Shown here: piece after piece, positions 24,324 to 36,483 of the stretch | Numbering within the stretch: the stretch's first letter is position 1 | How the letters are laid out: each line of letters opens with the position of its first letter | From: Enoplolaimus lenunculus | Taxonomy: Eukaryota | Length of the DNA stretch: 64,000 nt | Assembly: GCA_030248215.1 (NCBI GenBank) | Contig: JASANG010002574.1 | Coordinates: forward strand, 186,001-250,000 | Reading direction: 5' to 3' | Notes under the pieces: generated by a model | The model's database searches: none | Seen by the model: only the letters and a program-made list of their open reading frames with translations | What the model was told of the DNA's origin: nothing | Position numbers and translations under genes: made by a program

Positions 24324-27300
24324 TTACTTCTTTTCGGTTGACTTTTTCTTGTTTTTCTTTGAACCTTTTTTATTTTTCTTGTTTCCCTTCTTTTTCCCCT
24401 TTCCTTTGTTTTTCTTTTTGCCTTTTTCTTTGCTAGATTTATCTTTACTTTTCCTTTTTGATTTGTCTTTGTCTTTCTTGTTTTTACCTTTTCCTTTTTC
24501 TTTCTTTTTGTCTTTATTTTTGCTAGGTTTTTCTTTGCTTTTATCTGTTTCTTTGCTTTGGTTAACTTTGTCTTTTTGTTCCTTCTTTTTGTCAACATCT
24601 TTTCCTTTCTTCTTTTCTTTACTTTTGTCTTTTTTGTTTTTTCCTTTTTTCTTTTCTTTACTTTTGTCTTTTTTGTTTTTTCCTTTCTTGTTTTTCTTAT
24701 CTTTCTTATTTTTTCCTTTCTTGTTTTTCTTATCTTTCTTATTTTTTCCTTTCTTATTTTTCTTCTCCTTCTTCTTCTTCTTGTTCTTCTTCTCCTTCTT
24801 TTTTTTAGAATTCTTACTTGAATCACTTTTTTGCATACTACTCTTATCTTCTGATTCTTCTGAACCTTCGCTGCTATAACCTGCAGAATCAGATAAATTA
24901 CTGCTTTCATGGCTCGTTTCTGCCGAGATTTCACCATTTTCGCTGCTTTCTGAATGATGATCGCCAGAAGATTCCGATGAATTACTGTTTTCGCTGCTTA
25001 TTCCTCCAGATTCTACAGAATGTTCGCTGCTTTCTGAATAGTGATCGCCAGAAGATTCCGATGAATTACTGTTTTCGCTGCTTATTTCTCCAGATTCTAA
25101 AGAATGTTCGCTGCTTTCTGAATAGTGATCGCCAGAAGATTCCGATGAATTACTGTTTTCACTGCTACTTTCTCCAGATCCTACAGAATGTTCGCTGCTT
25201 TCTGAATAGTGATCGCCAGAAGATTCCGATGAATTACTGTTTTCACTGCTACTTTCTCCAGATCCTACAGAATGTTCGCTGCTTTCTGAATAGTGATCGC
25301 CAGAAGATTCCGATGAATTACTGTTTTCACTGCTACTTTCTCCAGATCCTACAGAATGTTCGCTGCTTTCTGAATAGTGATCGCCAGAAGATTCCGATGA
25401 ATTACTGTTTTCACTGCTACTTTCTCCAGATCCTACAGAATGTTCGCTGCTTTCTGAATAGTGATCGCCAGAAGATTCCGATGAATTACTGTTTTCACTG
25501 CTACTTTCTCCAGATCCTACAGAATGTTCGCTGCTTTCTGAATAGTGATCGCCAGAAGATTCCAACGAATCACTGTGTTCGCTGCTAATTTCTCCAGATT
25601 CTATAGAATGTTCGCTGTTTTCCGACAAATCATCATCAGCAATAATTATAACTTCTTCTGTATAACTTTTTTCGTCGGTCATATCAATTGTTTTCATCTC
25701 TCCATTGTCGATTCCTTCATTGTCAGCAATTATTTCCGCAGTATGACTTTCTTCGCCGTTGACTTCAATTGGTTGGTTATCATCCACGCCGACTTCCAAT
25801 AAACCATCGGATGCCGTTGAACTGATGCTACTTTTGCTTGTTTTTCCAATTTCGACATACACGTGATCGGATTTGCTTGTGGCGTGGTTTTCGTCTGGTG
25901 GCTTTGCTGTTTGAGCTTTAATCAGTGTTTCTGGCATTTCCATCTCTGCTGCCTAAAATGATCAAAATTGCTTGCAGATTGCAATGCAACATTACTGCAG
26001 TGCAATCAAGAGTCGATAATCTCTATTTAACACAACTGCGCAACTGGGCATATTCTGTGTAGAAAAGAATGTACTCGGCACCCGTTGCGTTTTTTCCCTG
26101 CCCCCCCCCTTTATTTAGAGGGGGGCACAACCGGTGCGAACCATGGCACTTTATGTATGCGGCGTCAAACATGCTCCCCTTAATCTCTATTTAACACAAC
26201 TGCGCAACTGGGCATATTCTGTGTAGAAAAGAATGTACTCGGCACCCGTTGCGTTTTTTCCCTGCCCCCCCCTTTATTTAGAGGGGGGCACAACCGGTGC
26301 GAACCATGGCACTTTATGTATGCGGCGTCAAACATGCTCCCCTTATAATTTAATTTAACGGTATTCATGTGATCGCGAACCCCCTCTATACAAGCGGGTC
26401 GGCCAAAAACGCAACGCCCAGTGGTACATTTTTGACCATGAGGGACCCTAAGTGATGCACACTTGTCATTATCCACACTTGGTTCAACATATAAAAGACA
26501 TACGACACATAATTTTTGTGTATTGTATTCCACAGTTGTATTTTGGTCAAACATCAAACAGTTGTCATCTTTTTGATTTTTATAGCTTAATATCCGTTTC
26601 TGTTATTTTCGTCATTGTATTTTAATACACCTTCGTAACGCTACTTTTTGGACCAAAGCTAAATATTGAGATATTAGCTTGTTTAGTTATCCGACAAGAA
26701 TCTCTAGAACCGCTGAATTGATTTTTGGGGTTTATTTACGGCGCGGTAATTACCATTCGATGCCATGCCTGCTAACTAAAATAAATATCTCTTACCGAGA
26801 CGTTGACATTGCAATTACCTAGTACTATATGTTTGGTTTTGCAATAAACTAGATAGGGTAATTGCGCTATTATATTGGTTTTAACGTTGCTCAATAAGAA
26901 GTTACTTTTTAAGCGTTTGGGACAATGTAAAGAACAGGCGCGGAACAGTATTATAAGCGTATTCCTAAGACTAAGCCTAAGCGTAAGCCGAAGAACGGGC
27001 CTATTCCTTAACCTATGCCTAACGGCGAAGCCTAAACCTAAGCGTAAGAATGAGTTTATTCCTAAGCTTAACCCTAAGCGAAAAAAATTAGTCGAAAGCT
27101 TAAGCTTACTCTATTCTAGTCCCACTGAAAAACGTTCCGCCGCTGATCCTTACAATTACCAGCGTTTGTACAATGAGATATTATGCCTGGGTTTCTGAAA
27201 TCTTACTTAAGTATGACTTAGTACTTAAGTTGCGCTGCTTACTCCACCATTTTGTCGTTTTTAAAAGTTTACATATAAGATAAGTAAATATTTAAGTCGC

Positions 27301-27901
27301 TTACTAAAATTTGATATATTACAGATTTGACAGTTTTAGGCATACTAACATTGGTCAAAGTGAAACTGTAGACTCATGGTGTCTTTTAATAAAAGCAAAA
27401 CAACTTTCTTGTCACAACGGCTGACATTTGACGTTTATTTGTTTTTGCTCGGAAAGTTAAGTATTTACTTAAGTTGGCGGCTTAAGTAATTCTCCCCCCT
27501 GGAAAAATTTTGGCCCCGCCTAGAAAACTGTCAACCTTGCTTGTAAGCTAACAAAAACCGATGAATGCCCGTCATGAAAATTTTTAGCCCTCTTAGCAAA
27601 GTGAGCTGGCTACAGGCCTACGGACGAGTCCACGTTTGAGCAAAGCCAGTGGCTGTGAAGAGAAATCAGCAGGCTTGAAGCGATTGTTGTTTTGTTTACA
27701 AAATATGATTGTTTTCAGATAAATTTTAGCTGATTGTAAATACAATGGCGTGTCGGTCGATCAGACTAATTTCTGTAGACCCACGACACAGTTGCATTGT
27801 ACATCCAAATTAAATATAATTTAAATTGAAAATTAATTTCTACTCACCGCAAAATTTGCAACAAGCAGAATTAGCCATGTCAGCTTGATTGCTGACGTCA
27901 T
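24324..27901 (-). CDS. Secreted low-complexity protein, 560 aa: acidic N-region, eight 28-aa Ser/Glu repeats, Lys-rich C-tail; two exons (27901-27848; 25952-24324)
   Basis: Exon 1 is ATG...GCG|GTGAGT and encodes signal peptide MTSAIKLTWLILLVANFA (54 nt, phase 0). Acceptor TTTTAG|GCA, in frame with the 539-aa ORF in the track. The unique N-terminal part is open, as are the repeats. Confidence 0.85.
24930..25630 (-). repeat. 84-bp coding tandem repeat, 8 near-identical copies plus a degenerate one
   Basis: GATCGCCAGAAGAT recurs every 84 bp from 24958 to 25546 and encodes SSESSGDHYSESSEHSVGSGESSSENSN. Confidence 0.95.
26017..26344. repeat. Near-identical direct tandem duplication of about 164 bp, within a dispersed repeat
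   Basis: TAATCTCTATTTAACACAACTGCG... occurs at 26017 and 26181, and the copies differ by one C in a C-run. Related sequence at about 20600-20880. Confidence 0.9.
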
Positions 27902-28113
27902 AATTGTTCTCTTAGTCAAAGATTTCACTGAGAGACTGTTGTAAATAATACTGAGTAGAATTTAATAAAGATTATTGGGTTTTGCCTACAAATAAACATA
28001 TAACAATGGGCCAATGTTTAGAACACGGCCGTAACAGTGGTATAAAGCATACAAGCCTAAGCTTAAGCCCAAGCCTAAGCCTAAGTGTAAGAATGAGCTT
28101 ATCTTTAAGCCTA

Positions 28114-28555
28114 CTGTAGTGACCCGAATAAGAGGGGATAATGAGAGGGGGTCCCCAATTTGAGTCATAATCAATAGGAGTGTGTATCCCTAATAAGAGT
28201 CCGTAAGCGGATAGAGTCCCTAAACCCTAATTAGAGTCCATAAATGACAATTATATATCACTAATTGTGGCACATTAATGACTCTAGGACCAAATAAAGT
28301 TGAGTTCGAAACTTAAAGCGTACTTAAGTTTTAAAGATACATTCCTAAGTATAACCTTGCATTATCGGTCAAGCTTTTGATTCAACACCAAAACGTTTAA
28401 TTTAACGGATAGTTGCAACACCGGATATATTTCAGTAACCAAGGGCGGCGTAGGGCAGGTTAAAAATAAATAACAGTCCATAACCAAATAACAGGGGGTA
28501 CCCTCTGGAGAGGCCAAATAAATATCAGTCCCACTTCTTCTTCGGGTCACTACAG
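28114..28555. mobile_element. Tc1/mariner-like MITE (family C; TA TSD) nested in a family A MITE (28009-28642)
   Basis: TA|CTGTAGTGACCCGAATAAGA ... TCTTCTTCGGGTCACTACAG|TA inserted at GCC-TA-AGC. Other copies at 34759-35203, 54302-54723 and partial 31943-32320. Confidence 0.85.
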
Positions 28556-29742
28556 TAAGCAAACAAACATTAGTCGAAAGCTTATTGCTTACGCTATAGC
28601 AGTCCCACAGAAAAACGTTCCGCCTCTGATCGTTATTTGGTCCGAAAATTTAACGGCTAAGTCATTATGCTTCAATGTGAACAAACAACACAGGACGTGC
28701 TTTCACAGTCAATCTGCATAAATTGTAATATTTACTCGTACTGGTTGTACACGAAAATCAAGCAAAAGTCACTCTAAAATCACCACCATTCAAAACGTGT
28801 GTAACATTTTTGGGTATTAAAAATTTTGTTTTGGCAATTCGACGAATAATTTTGAAACTTACATAAAGGTTCTGTATATTTTTTTGCCTAAAACAATATG
28901 CTATAGAACCAGTTGGCGCGTGATATCAGCAACAACGAATGTTGAGCCCAATTGTCGCTTTTAGCTTCAAAAGTTATCGAATATTATTTGCAAAACTGGA
29001 ACATATAACATTAGATCTACTGATAGCGCTTTGTGTTTTGTTACACAATTGTTTTCAACGTTAATATTGAATTGTGTAATAAAGCATAACGCAGTTCAAA
29101 GTTGCATCAGAGACAGAAGCTGAAAACAACAAAAAAATACGAATTAAAATTTCAAAATTTTATAGTCTGATGTTCCTAAACAACTAGTTTACTCAATTTT
29201 AGCATAGGTAAAGCACCAGATTTGGTTTCGTTTTTTTGAACCAAACCATTCTGATACCTGATTTTGGTTTCAGGAACCAGCAGTGGCCGATGCGGAATGG
29301 GACATTACCGGCTGGTACCCCCAGTCCCGTTCCCGGTTCACCTTGCTAGAGGGGGGCTTAAAATTTGTCAGGAGAAACTATTCAAGGGTTTTCAACGAAT
29401 TACAAGCAAGGTTGAAACTTTCTAGGAGGGGCAAAATTTTCCACGGAAGCGGGGTTGAGCCCCCTCCCCCCCGCCGGGCCCGGGGACCCGCGGCCCGGGA
29501 AACCGGGCGGAAAAGGCGCGGTATAAACGGGTAAGAAGTTTAATAACGCGGGTAAAAAATTCAAAGTTTTTATCAGCATCAAACTTTTAAGTTTTATGGT
29601 GGAAAATCAACGTTTTATTGTCTGTTTTATTGCTGGTCAGGTCCGAGTCCGTGCTTTATTTAGCTGGGTTTGAAATTTTGTTGTTTCTAGTAAAAATTTC
29701 ATTTGTAAAATTCATTGAAGCTATATCGCGAAATTTTATTAA

Positions 29743-30004
29743 CCCTTTCTCACATGAATATTTTCTATTTCCCCTGAGACCTACTTTTAAGCTAGGATTT
29801 GAACTCCAGTGACTGTAGTGGGAGGCGTATACCATCACCACTCAGCTGTAGGAGCTTGACGCTCGAGCCCGAGGGGGCTCACACGTCTTGTGGTGATTTA
29901 GTACTATGTATACGTGTTGCAATTGTTAAACACGGTGCTATATATATTATTTAACGTATATACACTGCACTGAGTTGCCTATAGGAACTCAATGTGAGAA
30001 GGGG
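29743..30004. mobile_element. piggyBac-like MITE (family F)
   Basis: TTAA TSD both sides, and highly similar to 18732-18994. Confidence 0.85.
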
Positions 30005-30627
30005 TTAAAGCAAGAATCACCAGCGATCTTTAAAATACTGGTTTGACTTCAGGCGCGTGTAAAAGGTGGGTCGTGGGTAGATCTTATTTGCGCGGGTATA
30101 CCCGCTGGTAAAACATTCACTTCCCGCTCTGGGACTATGTAAAGATCGGAAGCGGAAAGTTTTTCTGCGACACTGCCATATAGAGTAAAGTTTAAGCTTT
30201 AGACTCATTGTTGGCTTCGGCTTAGGGTTGGCATAGATATAAGCTTATTCTAAGACTTATGCTCAAGCCTAGGCTTAGAATTAAACCTCGTTCTGCCAGC
30301 AGTTATCTTACGGCGATGTTTGTGTACTCAGCATACGCATAAGTTAGGGCCTATATTTTTTGGCCTGTGTGTATTTATTCAGCAGGTTGTTCAAAACCTG
30401 TAAAAGAGCTGTTTTACTCGTTTCTTCGGAACTTTCCGCAGTGAATATATTTGAAATGTGTATTTTAAAATATTTCACTAACGAAACGAACGTGAAACGC
30501 CAGCGCGTTTCGTTCAAATTAAATATTTCAAATTCTAAATTAGTTTTCGTCAGAAGTGTGTCGACTACGCTCGTCACCCCCTGATTCCGCGTTTCTATTT
30601 ATGTCTCGTACGGCGCCCATCAGTCAG

Positions 30628-30866
30628 CATCAAAAGTACAGCGCCACTACTAACTTATAACGTACGGTGACGTATGATGACGGGCGGCACCGGAAAACAT
30701 CAAAAGTACAGCGCCACTACTAATTTATGATAACGTACGGTGACATATGATGACTTGCGGCACCGGACAACATCAAAAGTATAGCGCCACTACTAACTTA
30801 TGATAACGTACGGTGACGTATGATGACGGGCGACACCGGGCAACATCAAAAGTATAGCGCCACCCT
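30628..30866. repeat. Tandem array (70-73-bp period) built from a MITE right end
   Basis: CATCAAAAGTA(C/T)AGCGCCAC at 30628, 30698, 30771 and 30844. The last copy ends CGCCACCCTTA. Confidence 0.85.
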
Positions 30867-31090
30867 TATAAGTAAGACCTCAACAGCGGTTGGTAACAGA
30901 GCTGCACGTTACCCGCGGGCAACGCGAGTACGGGTAAGAAAATTTTGGCGCGGGTAAACCCGCGTCGAAACCCAGATGATTTCAAAAAATGAAAATTTAT
31001 TTATCACAATTTTTTTCAATGCGTCCACAACTGTAAAATTACACTAATTTGTCATTGATTTCAAAAGGCTTCTTGTACAACAACGTCCGG

Positions 31091-32758
31091 CTACGAATGT
31101 CTTCGATTGGCTGATTTTCGTTGCTTCTTCGCCAAACGTTGTTGTTGTTTACGTTGTTGTTTCTTCGCTTTTCGTTCCGCTTTCCACTGCTGCAATCGTC
31201 CGGTGAGCGTTCGTTTCACTTTTTGGTCTGATTTCAATGAATTGTCGAGTGTTTCGGTTTTTTTCGTCTTCGGCTTGCCAGATTTGTTTGATTTTGCCGC
31301 TGCGCGTTGTTCCGCTTTTGCTTCTTTGAGCGTTCGTTTTGCGGCTTTACGTTGTTCCAGTTTCGCTATTCGCGCTTCTTTTGCTGCTTTACGCTTGGCC
31401 GTTCGTTCTTCTTTGGTTAGTTTTGTTTTTCTCGAACGTAATTCTTGATTCGCTTTTTGTGTCTTCGCTTTCGTTGCTGGTTCATCGTTTACAAACACGT
31501 CGTTTGGATTAATATAATTGTGATTAACAACGTTTACTGCATTACGTTTGGCGAATCTGTTCAGTGCTCGAGACCGCTTCAGCGGGGGTTCAAGGTTGTG
31601 CGCATTCGGTGACAATGCAAGCGCCGCTGCGTCTGGTGATAACTGTGTTAAACGTTTGCTTCGCGACTCCTGTAAACTGCCCATTGTTACTTTAGCGGAC
31701 GTAGCGGTTTTTCCGATGGATTAATTAACAGAGCAAGCTTAAGCTTTACACTAATTTTTTTGCTTACACTTATACGTATGTTTAGCTTTAGTTGTAGGGT
31801 AATCATAGCATTGAGGCTTAGGCTTGTGAATGTGGTTATACTAATGTTACGAATCTCAAATTAAAAGTTGGAAGTCTTTCATTAAATTTTGAAGCTTACC
31901 TTCGGCTATTCGGTTACGGACTGGTGTTTATTTTTCAACCTTTTGTAGTGATCCGAATAAGAGGGGGACTGGTATTCATTTGGCCTCTCAAGAGAGTGTC
32001 CTCTGTTATTCGGTACGGTCTGTTATTTTTAACCCATCCTTCGCCGCTCAACGTTACTGATATATCCAGTACTGCAATTGTCCGTTAAATTAAACGTTTA
32101 CATGTCTGGTATCAAAAGCTTGAGCGATAGTGCAAGGTTATACATAGGAATGTACTTTCAAAACTGAAGTATGCTTTAAAGTTTCGAACTCAACTTTGTT
32201 TGGATCTGGAATGATTTATGCGCTACCCTTAGAAATAATTGAAATTTATGGGCTCTAATTAGGGGGTATAGGGACTCTATCCGCTTACGGTCTCTTATTA
32301 GAAATACGGACTCCTAGTTAAATCAATAACCGAACTTTACTACTTACGATACGTCCATGACCTAAACTCAGGTTGGGGGGCCTGAGCTCAACCAGAAATA
32401 TCCTTGAAATTTGAATATTTAAATACACTCCAAAGAATACACGCGGTGCAACTTTTTTACATACTTAAAAATCAGAAAATTAGTCTTGAATATAAAACAA
32501 CTAAGACTGGGGAACTTAGAGACTGGAAAATTTGCTCTTTGTCTTAGGTTTAGGCTTAGGCTTTAGTTGGCAGCTCCCTATAATATTCCTGGGTCATTAA
32601 AATAGCAACAAAATACAAAATTTAATTTCTTTGAGTTATTATATAATACTATTAATGTTGCGTACTAATTTGTTACAAAATCATTAATAAAGATAACTTA
32701 CGACACACGCCAATAAACAGAAAGCCACTCCAGCGGCTAAAGGCACCAGAAACCGCAT
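31091..32758 (-). CDS. Secreted Lys/Arg/Ala-rich basic protein, 211 aa, two exons (32758-32702; 31669-31091)
   Basis: Exon 1 is ATG...GTC|GTAAGT and encodes signal peptide MRFLVPLAAGVAFCLLACV (57 nt, phase 0). Acceptor TTTACAG|GAG in frame with the 197-aa ORF. TTTTCAG acceptor at about 32827 upstream, and AATAAA about 90 nt after the stop. Confidence 0.85.
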
Positions 32759-33899
32759 CACAGATGCTTCAAAACAAAAATTCACTACTTAATTTACAAT
32801 ATTAAGTTAATAACTGTTATTACGTTCTGAAAAACAATTTACCAGTCGTATAAGCATATTTCTTAGCCTAAGCTTAAGCCTAAGCTTAAGCCTGAGCCTA
32901 AGCTTAAGAATCAGATTTACCTAAGTCTACGCGCAGGAATGAGCTTATACCTAAGAATAAGCCTAAGGCTAAGCCTTGATCAAAAAATTAGTCTAAAGCA
33001 TTTAGTTTACTCTATTGCAGTCCCACAGAAAGACGTTCCGCACAGAACTTGCCGCTACCCGCGAATACCCGCGGGTAAAGAAAATTTTGACGCGGGTAAA
33101 CCATGGGTAAAGAATTTCAAAGCGCGCGTAAAAATTTGTGATTGTTTACCCGCCTAAAATTTTCATAAAAACAACAAACAGCGGTATAAAGTACATAGCT
33201 AGTATCCCTCGCAAATATAGCAGATTGCTAAGATTATGATTCTGACCGTATTAGGCCCGTGCACGTGGAAATACTTTTCACATTCGTTTGAGCAAAAATT
33301 TTTGGAGTACTGGTTATCGTATAGCAATTGGAGACCTCTTTCGCTGTTCCTCCTATAGAGGTTATCTTTTTCTTTGGCTTAGAACAATGTGTTCCCAAGT
33401 TTTCTGACCGAAATTTTAAGACAAATTGCGACGGAACCATAAAGAAATGTGTGATTAAACGATCTTATCTACAATAATTGAGTACAGAGAAGAACGTTTT
33501 GATTAATGATCATGATCCCCTATCGGAAAACAACCTAGTTTTACCGGTGATTGGTGGAATGTGCTATATTAACCGGTGTTACCTTTTTTACTCTATGGTT
33601 TGTTTTCAAAGTTACCAACAAAGAGTTTTTTGTAACGTAAATTGAGCGACTAGCATCTATATATTGTGAAAATGCGCAATTGTATTGAACACAGAAGGAA
33701 AAATGGGCGGATAAAGGGGGTGGTTAAAGGTATTTTGCGCTTGTATATCCGCGGGTAAAAAATAAAATTTCAGTTCGTAAAGCACAGCGCGGGTAAAAAA
33801 TCTTTATATACTCACTTACACATCTGTTACCTGCAACTGATCAGTACATGAGCCATTTTGATTAAACGTGAAGTTAGCTGTACAAATTATTTGCATTTA

Positions 33900-34173
33900 A
33901 GCCCTATTCACACGTGCAAGTTTTTGCTGCGTGAACTTGCAGCTGCAACTTGCACTTGCAAGTTTTGTCCAAAATTCCGTCCGAAAATTTTGCAGCTGCA
34001 AATTATTCACTAAAAATCATAGCTGGGAATTTAGTTCACATGTGTGAACAACCATGCAAGTTCACTGAATTTATTGCATCCGCTTTCCCATTGGCTGATG
34101 AAAAATGCAAGTTCTGCGTGCAATTTGCAGCTACAAGTTCTCTCAGCAAAAACTTGCACGTGTCAAAAAGGCT
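33900..34173. mobile_element. PIF/Harbinger-like MITE (family E; AGCCCTATTCACACGTG TIR)
   Basis: TTA TSD and many TTGCAGCTGCAA motifs. Other copies listed below. Confidence 0.8.
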
Positions 34174-34244
34174 TTATTCATTTTGTGATTTTGTATCGGC
34201 AGGAATATGCAATCACAAACTGTTAATTGACGGATAAGAAGATT

Positions 34245-34441
34245 GGCAAATGTTACTTTAACGGGCGTACCAGTAGAGTAAGCGTATTCCTAAGCCTAAG
34301 CTTAAACCTAAGTGTTGCAAAAATGAGTTCCTAAGCCTAAGCCTAAGCCTAAGTCTAAGCAAAAAATGTAATCTTGAATCTAAACCTACTCTTTTATCAC
34401 ACCCACCAGAAACCTGGACGACTCTTAAAGTAACATGGGCC
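34245..34441. mobile_element. Family A MITE
   Basis: TSD AGAAGATT/AGAAGGTT (7/8 match) and GCCTAA tracts. Confidence 0.85.
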
Positions 34442-34758
34442 AGAAGGTTTTTCAAGAGGTAAGGTAAATTTTCTATACATACAATTCTTCAATGTCACTG
34501 ATATATTTACCGGTCTCGGAAGACGATGATATTTGCTGGCGTCGCCAGCACCCTGCCTTCTCGTTCCTTTTGTTTATACGATCCTGCTAATGTTGCTAAC
34601 CGTGAAATGTTGCTGATTTGCCCAAACAAGGGTTGACAGCCTAGTGAAAAAATATAGTAATTGACTTGTTAAATGGTTTGGTGTTAAAGCAGGTTTTACG
34701 CTGATAATTTAACAAACCTAAATTAAATAGTATCATAAATTGAAATGAACGCAGAGTA

Positions 34759-35203
34759 CTGTATTGACCCGAATAAGAGGGTGGTAATAAGAGGAGGGGT
34801 CCTCATTTTGAGTCCGAATCAATGGGAGTCCGTATCTCTAATAAGAGTCCGTACGTAGATAGAGTCTCTAAGTCGTAATTAGAGTCCATAAATGTCAATT
34901 AACCCTAGTTGTAGCGTATAAATGACTCCAGGACTAAATAATTTGAGTTCAAAACTTTAAAGCGTACGTAAATTTTCAAAGTACATTCCTAAGTATAATC
35001 TTGTATTATCGCTCAAGCTATTGACACAAGATAAATAATTGTTTGATTCAACGGATAATTGCAGTACCGGATATATATCCATAACGAAGGGAGGCGGAGC
35101 GTGGGTTAAAAATAAATAAAAGTCCGCAACCGAATAACAAGGGGGGTAACCTCTGGAGAGTCCAAATAAATATCAGGCCCATCTCTTATTCGGGCTACTA
35201 CAG
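34759..35203. mobile_element. Family C MITE
   Basis: TA|CTGTATTGACCCGAATAAGAG ... CTCTTATTCGGGCTACTACAG|TA. Confidence 0.85.
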
Positions 35204-35261
35204 TACAAAATTAAAAGAAAAATTTTAAACTTTTCGAAAATAAATTTGTGTTCTCCAATAG

Positions 35262-35556
35262 ACACTGCAAAAAATGGTGAGTAATAAATTCTATGGGACT
35301 ACACAAACGGTGCCAAATTCGACTCCGCCAGAGTCAAACGTGCGACTCAGGAGTCGAACTCGAATTTGACGGCCCATGCATATAGGCTCATTCATACGCT
35401 TAGGTTTAGGCTTAGGCTTAGGAATATGATTATACTACTGTTCGGGCCCTGTTCTATACATGGGTCAATTTAACTATGGCGGAGTCGAATTTGACTCAAT
35501 TTGGGTTGTCCGTGCAGCCTATTTTTAGAGGATCAATTTAACTCCATTTTACTGTG
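35262..35556. mobile_element. CACTGCAAAAAATGGTGAGT palindromic MITE (family D) with nested family A copy (35371-35466)
   Basis: Family D ends are shared with 3652-3845, 38465-38613 and 42561-42779. The nested copy is flanked by AATTTGAC/AATTTAAC. Confidence 0.75.
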
Positions 35557-36483
35557 GTCGGATTTTAAATCAACTATTCACAAGTGATAACCAGGATTCG
35601 TATTCTAAAATGTGTGCAGCACCTATTACCAGTTGGTGATATGTTCTGTAACTTTCAAACCAGTGAATGTTGAGGCTCCAAATTCGTCACATTTTTCGCA
35701 TTTGTCGCTCTACTCCTGTACCAATTTTAAGTTAAGTAACTAACTGCTATAATTAATGGGTTTGAAAATCAAAACTGATAATAGTTGCTATACCTACACA
35801 TTTGAGAATATGGGTCCAGATTGTAGTAGGTGTTAAATTAAACTGTACTCTTCCTTCGATTTGAAATAAATAAAAGAAAATGTCTTAAAAACAGAAATTA
35901 AGAAATTGTATACTGAAAATGACAAAAATTCGCTACAATTTGATCACATTTCTCAAGTATTGACTACTAAAATAATAAAAAATGATTTTTTGTCTTCGAT
36001 TACAGTAAATATTTCAAGTCAAGTACACGGGTATAAACGTATGCAGATGTGGAGTTTGGTCGACATACTGAAAAAATTATTTTAAGACTTTAAAACGAAA
36101 TTTTAAATTTAAAAATATATATAACTTTAATTTGAGTTTCTAGAAACTTCACACTACGATTATTGATATTTACTGGGGTTGTGTTTCGTAAACAAAAAGT
36201 TCACAGTCGTAGGCAGCACAGTCGCGTTTGTTTTTCACGGATCAAATATATTAATTTAAAAACAGTTTTTTTTAGTTCAAAACACAATTGTTAATATAAT
36301 TTAGTGTTTTTGATGGCTGTTTATTGTGCAAAACTTTAAATTTGTCAATGGAAACATTTTTAATCCGAGTACTCGATTTTGGTTTTTACGATAAAAATTA
36401 AGATCCAAACACTTTTTACTCGTGTAGCAAAATAGGCTCTTGTGCACTTCTTGCACGTTTAAGGCTAAGGCTTAAGGCTATTT

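Noticed and set aside
24930..25630. Regular repeats as a possible CRISPR array (also 30628-30866)
   Set aside because: Whole units repeat with no unique spacers, there are no cas genes, and the context is eukaryotic.
24320..25802. Phe-rich, Cys-rich and Arg/Lys-rich ORFs overlapping the 539-aa ORF
   Set aside because: Antisense or shifted-frame shadows of the low-complexity gene. Only the 539-aa frame connects to a signal exon and spans the unique region.
34511..34640. Isolated minus-strand exon-like segment (CQPLFGQISNISRLATLAGSY...)
   Set aside because: It has AG/GT borders and one open frame, but no partner exons or recognisable domain.
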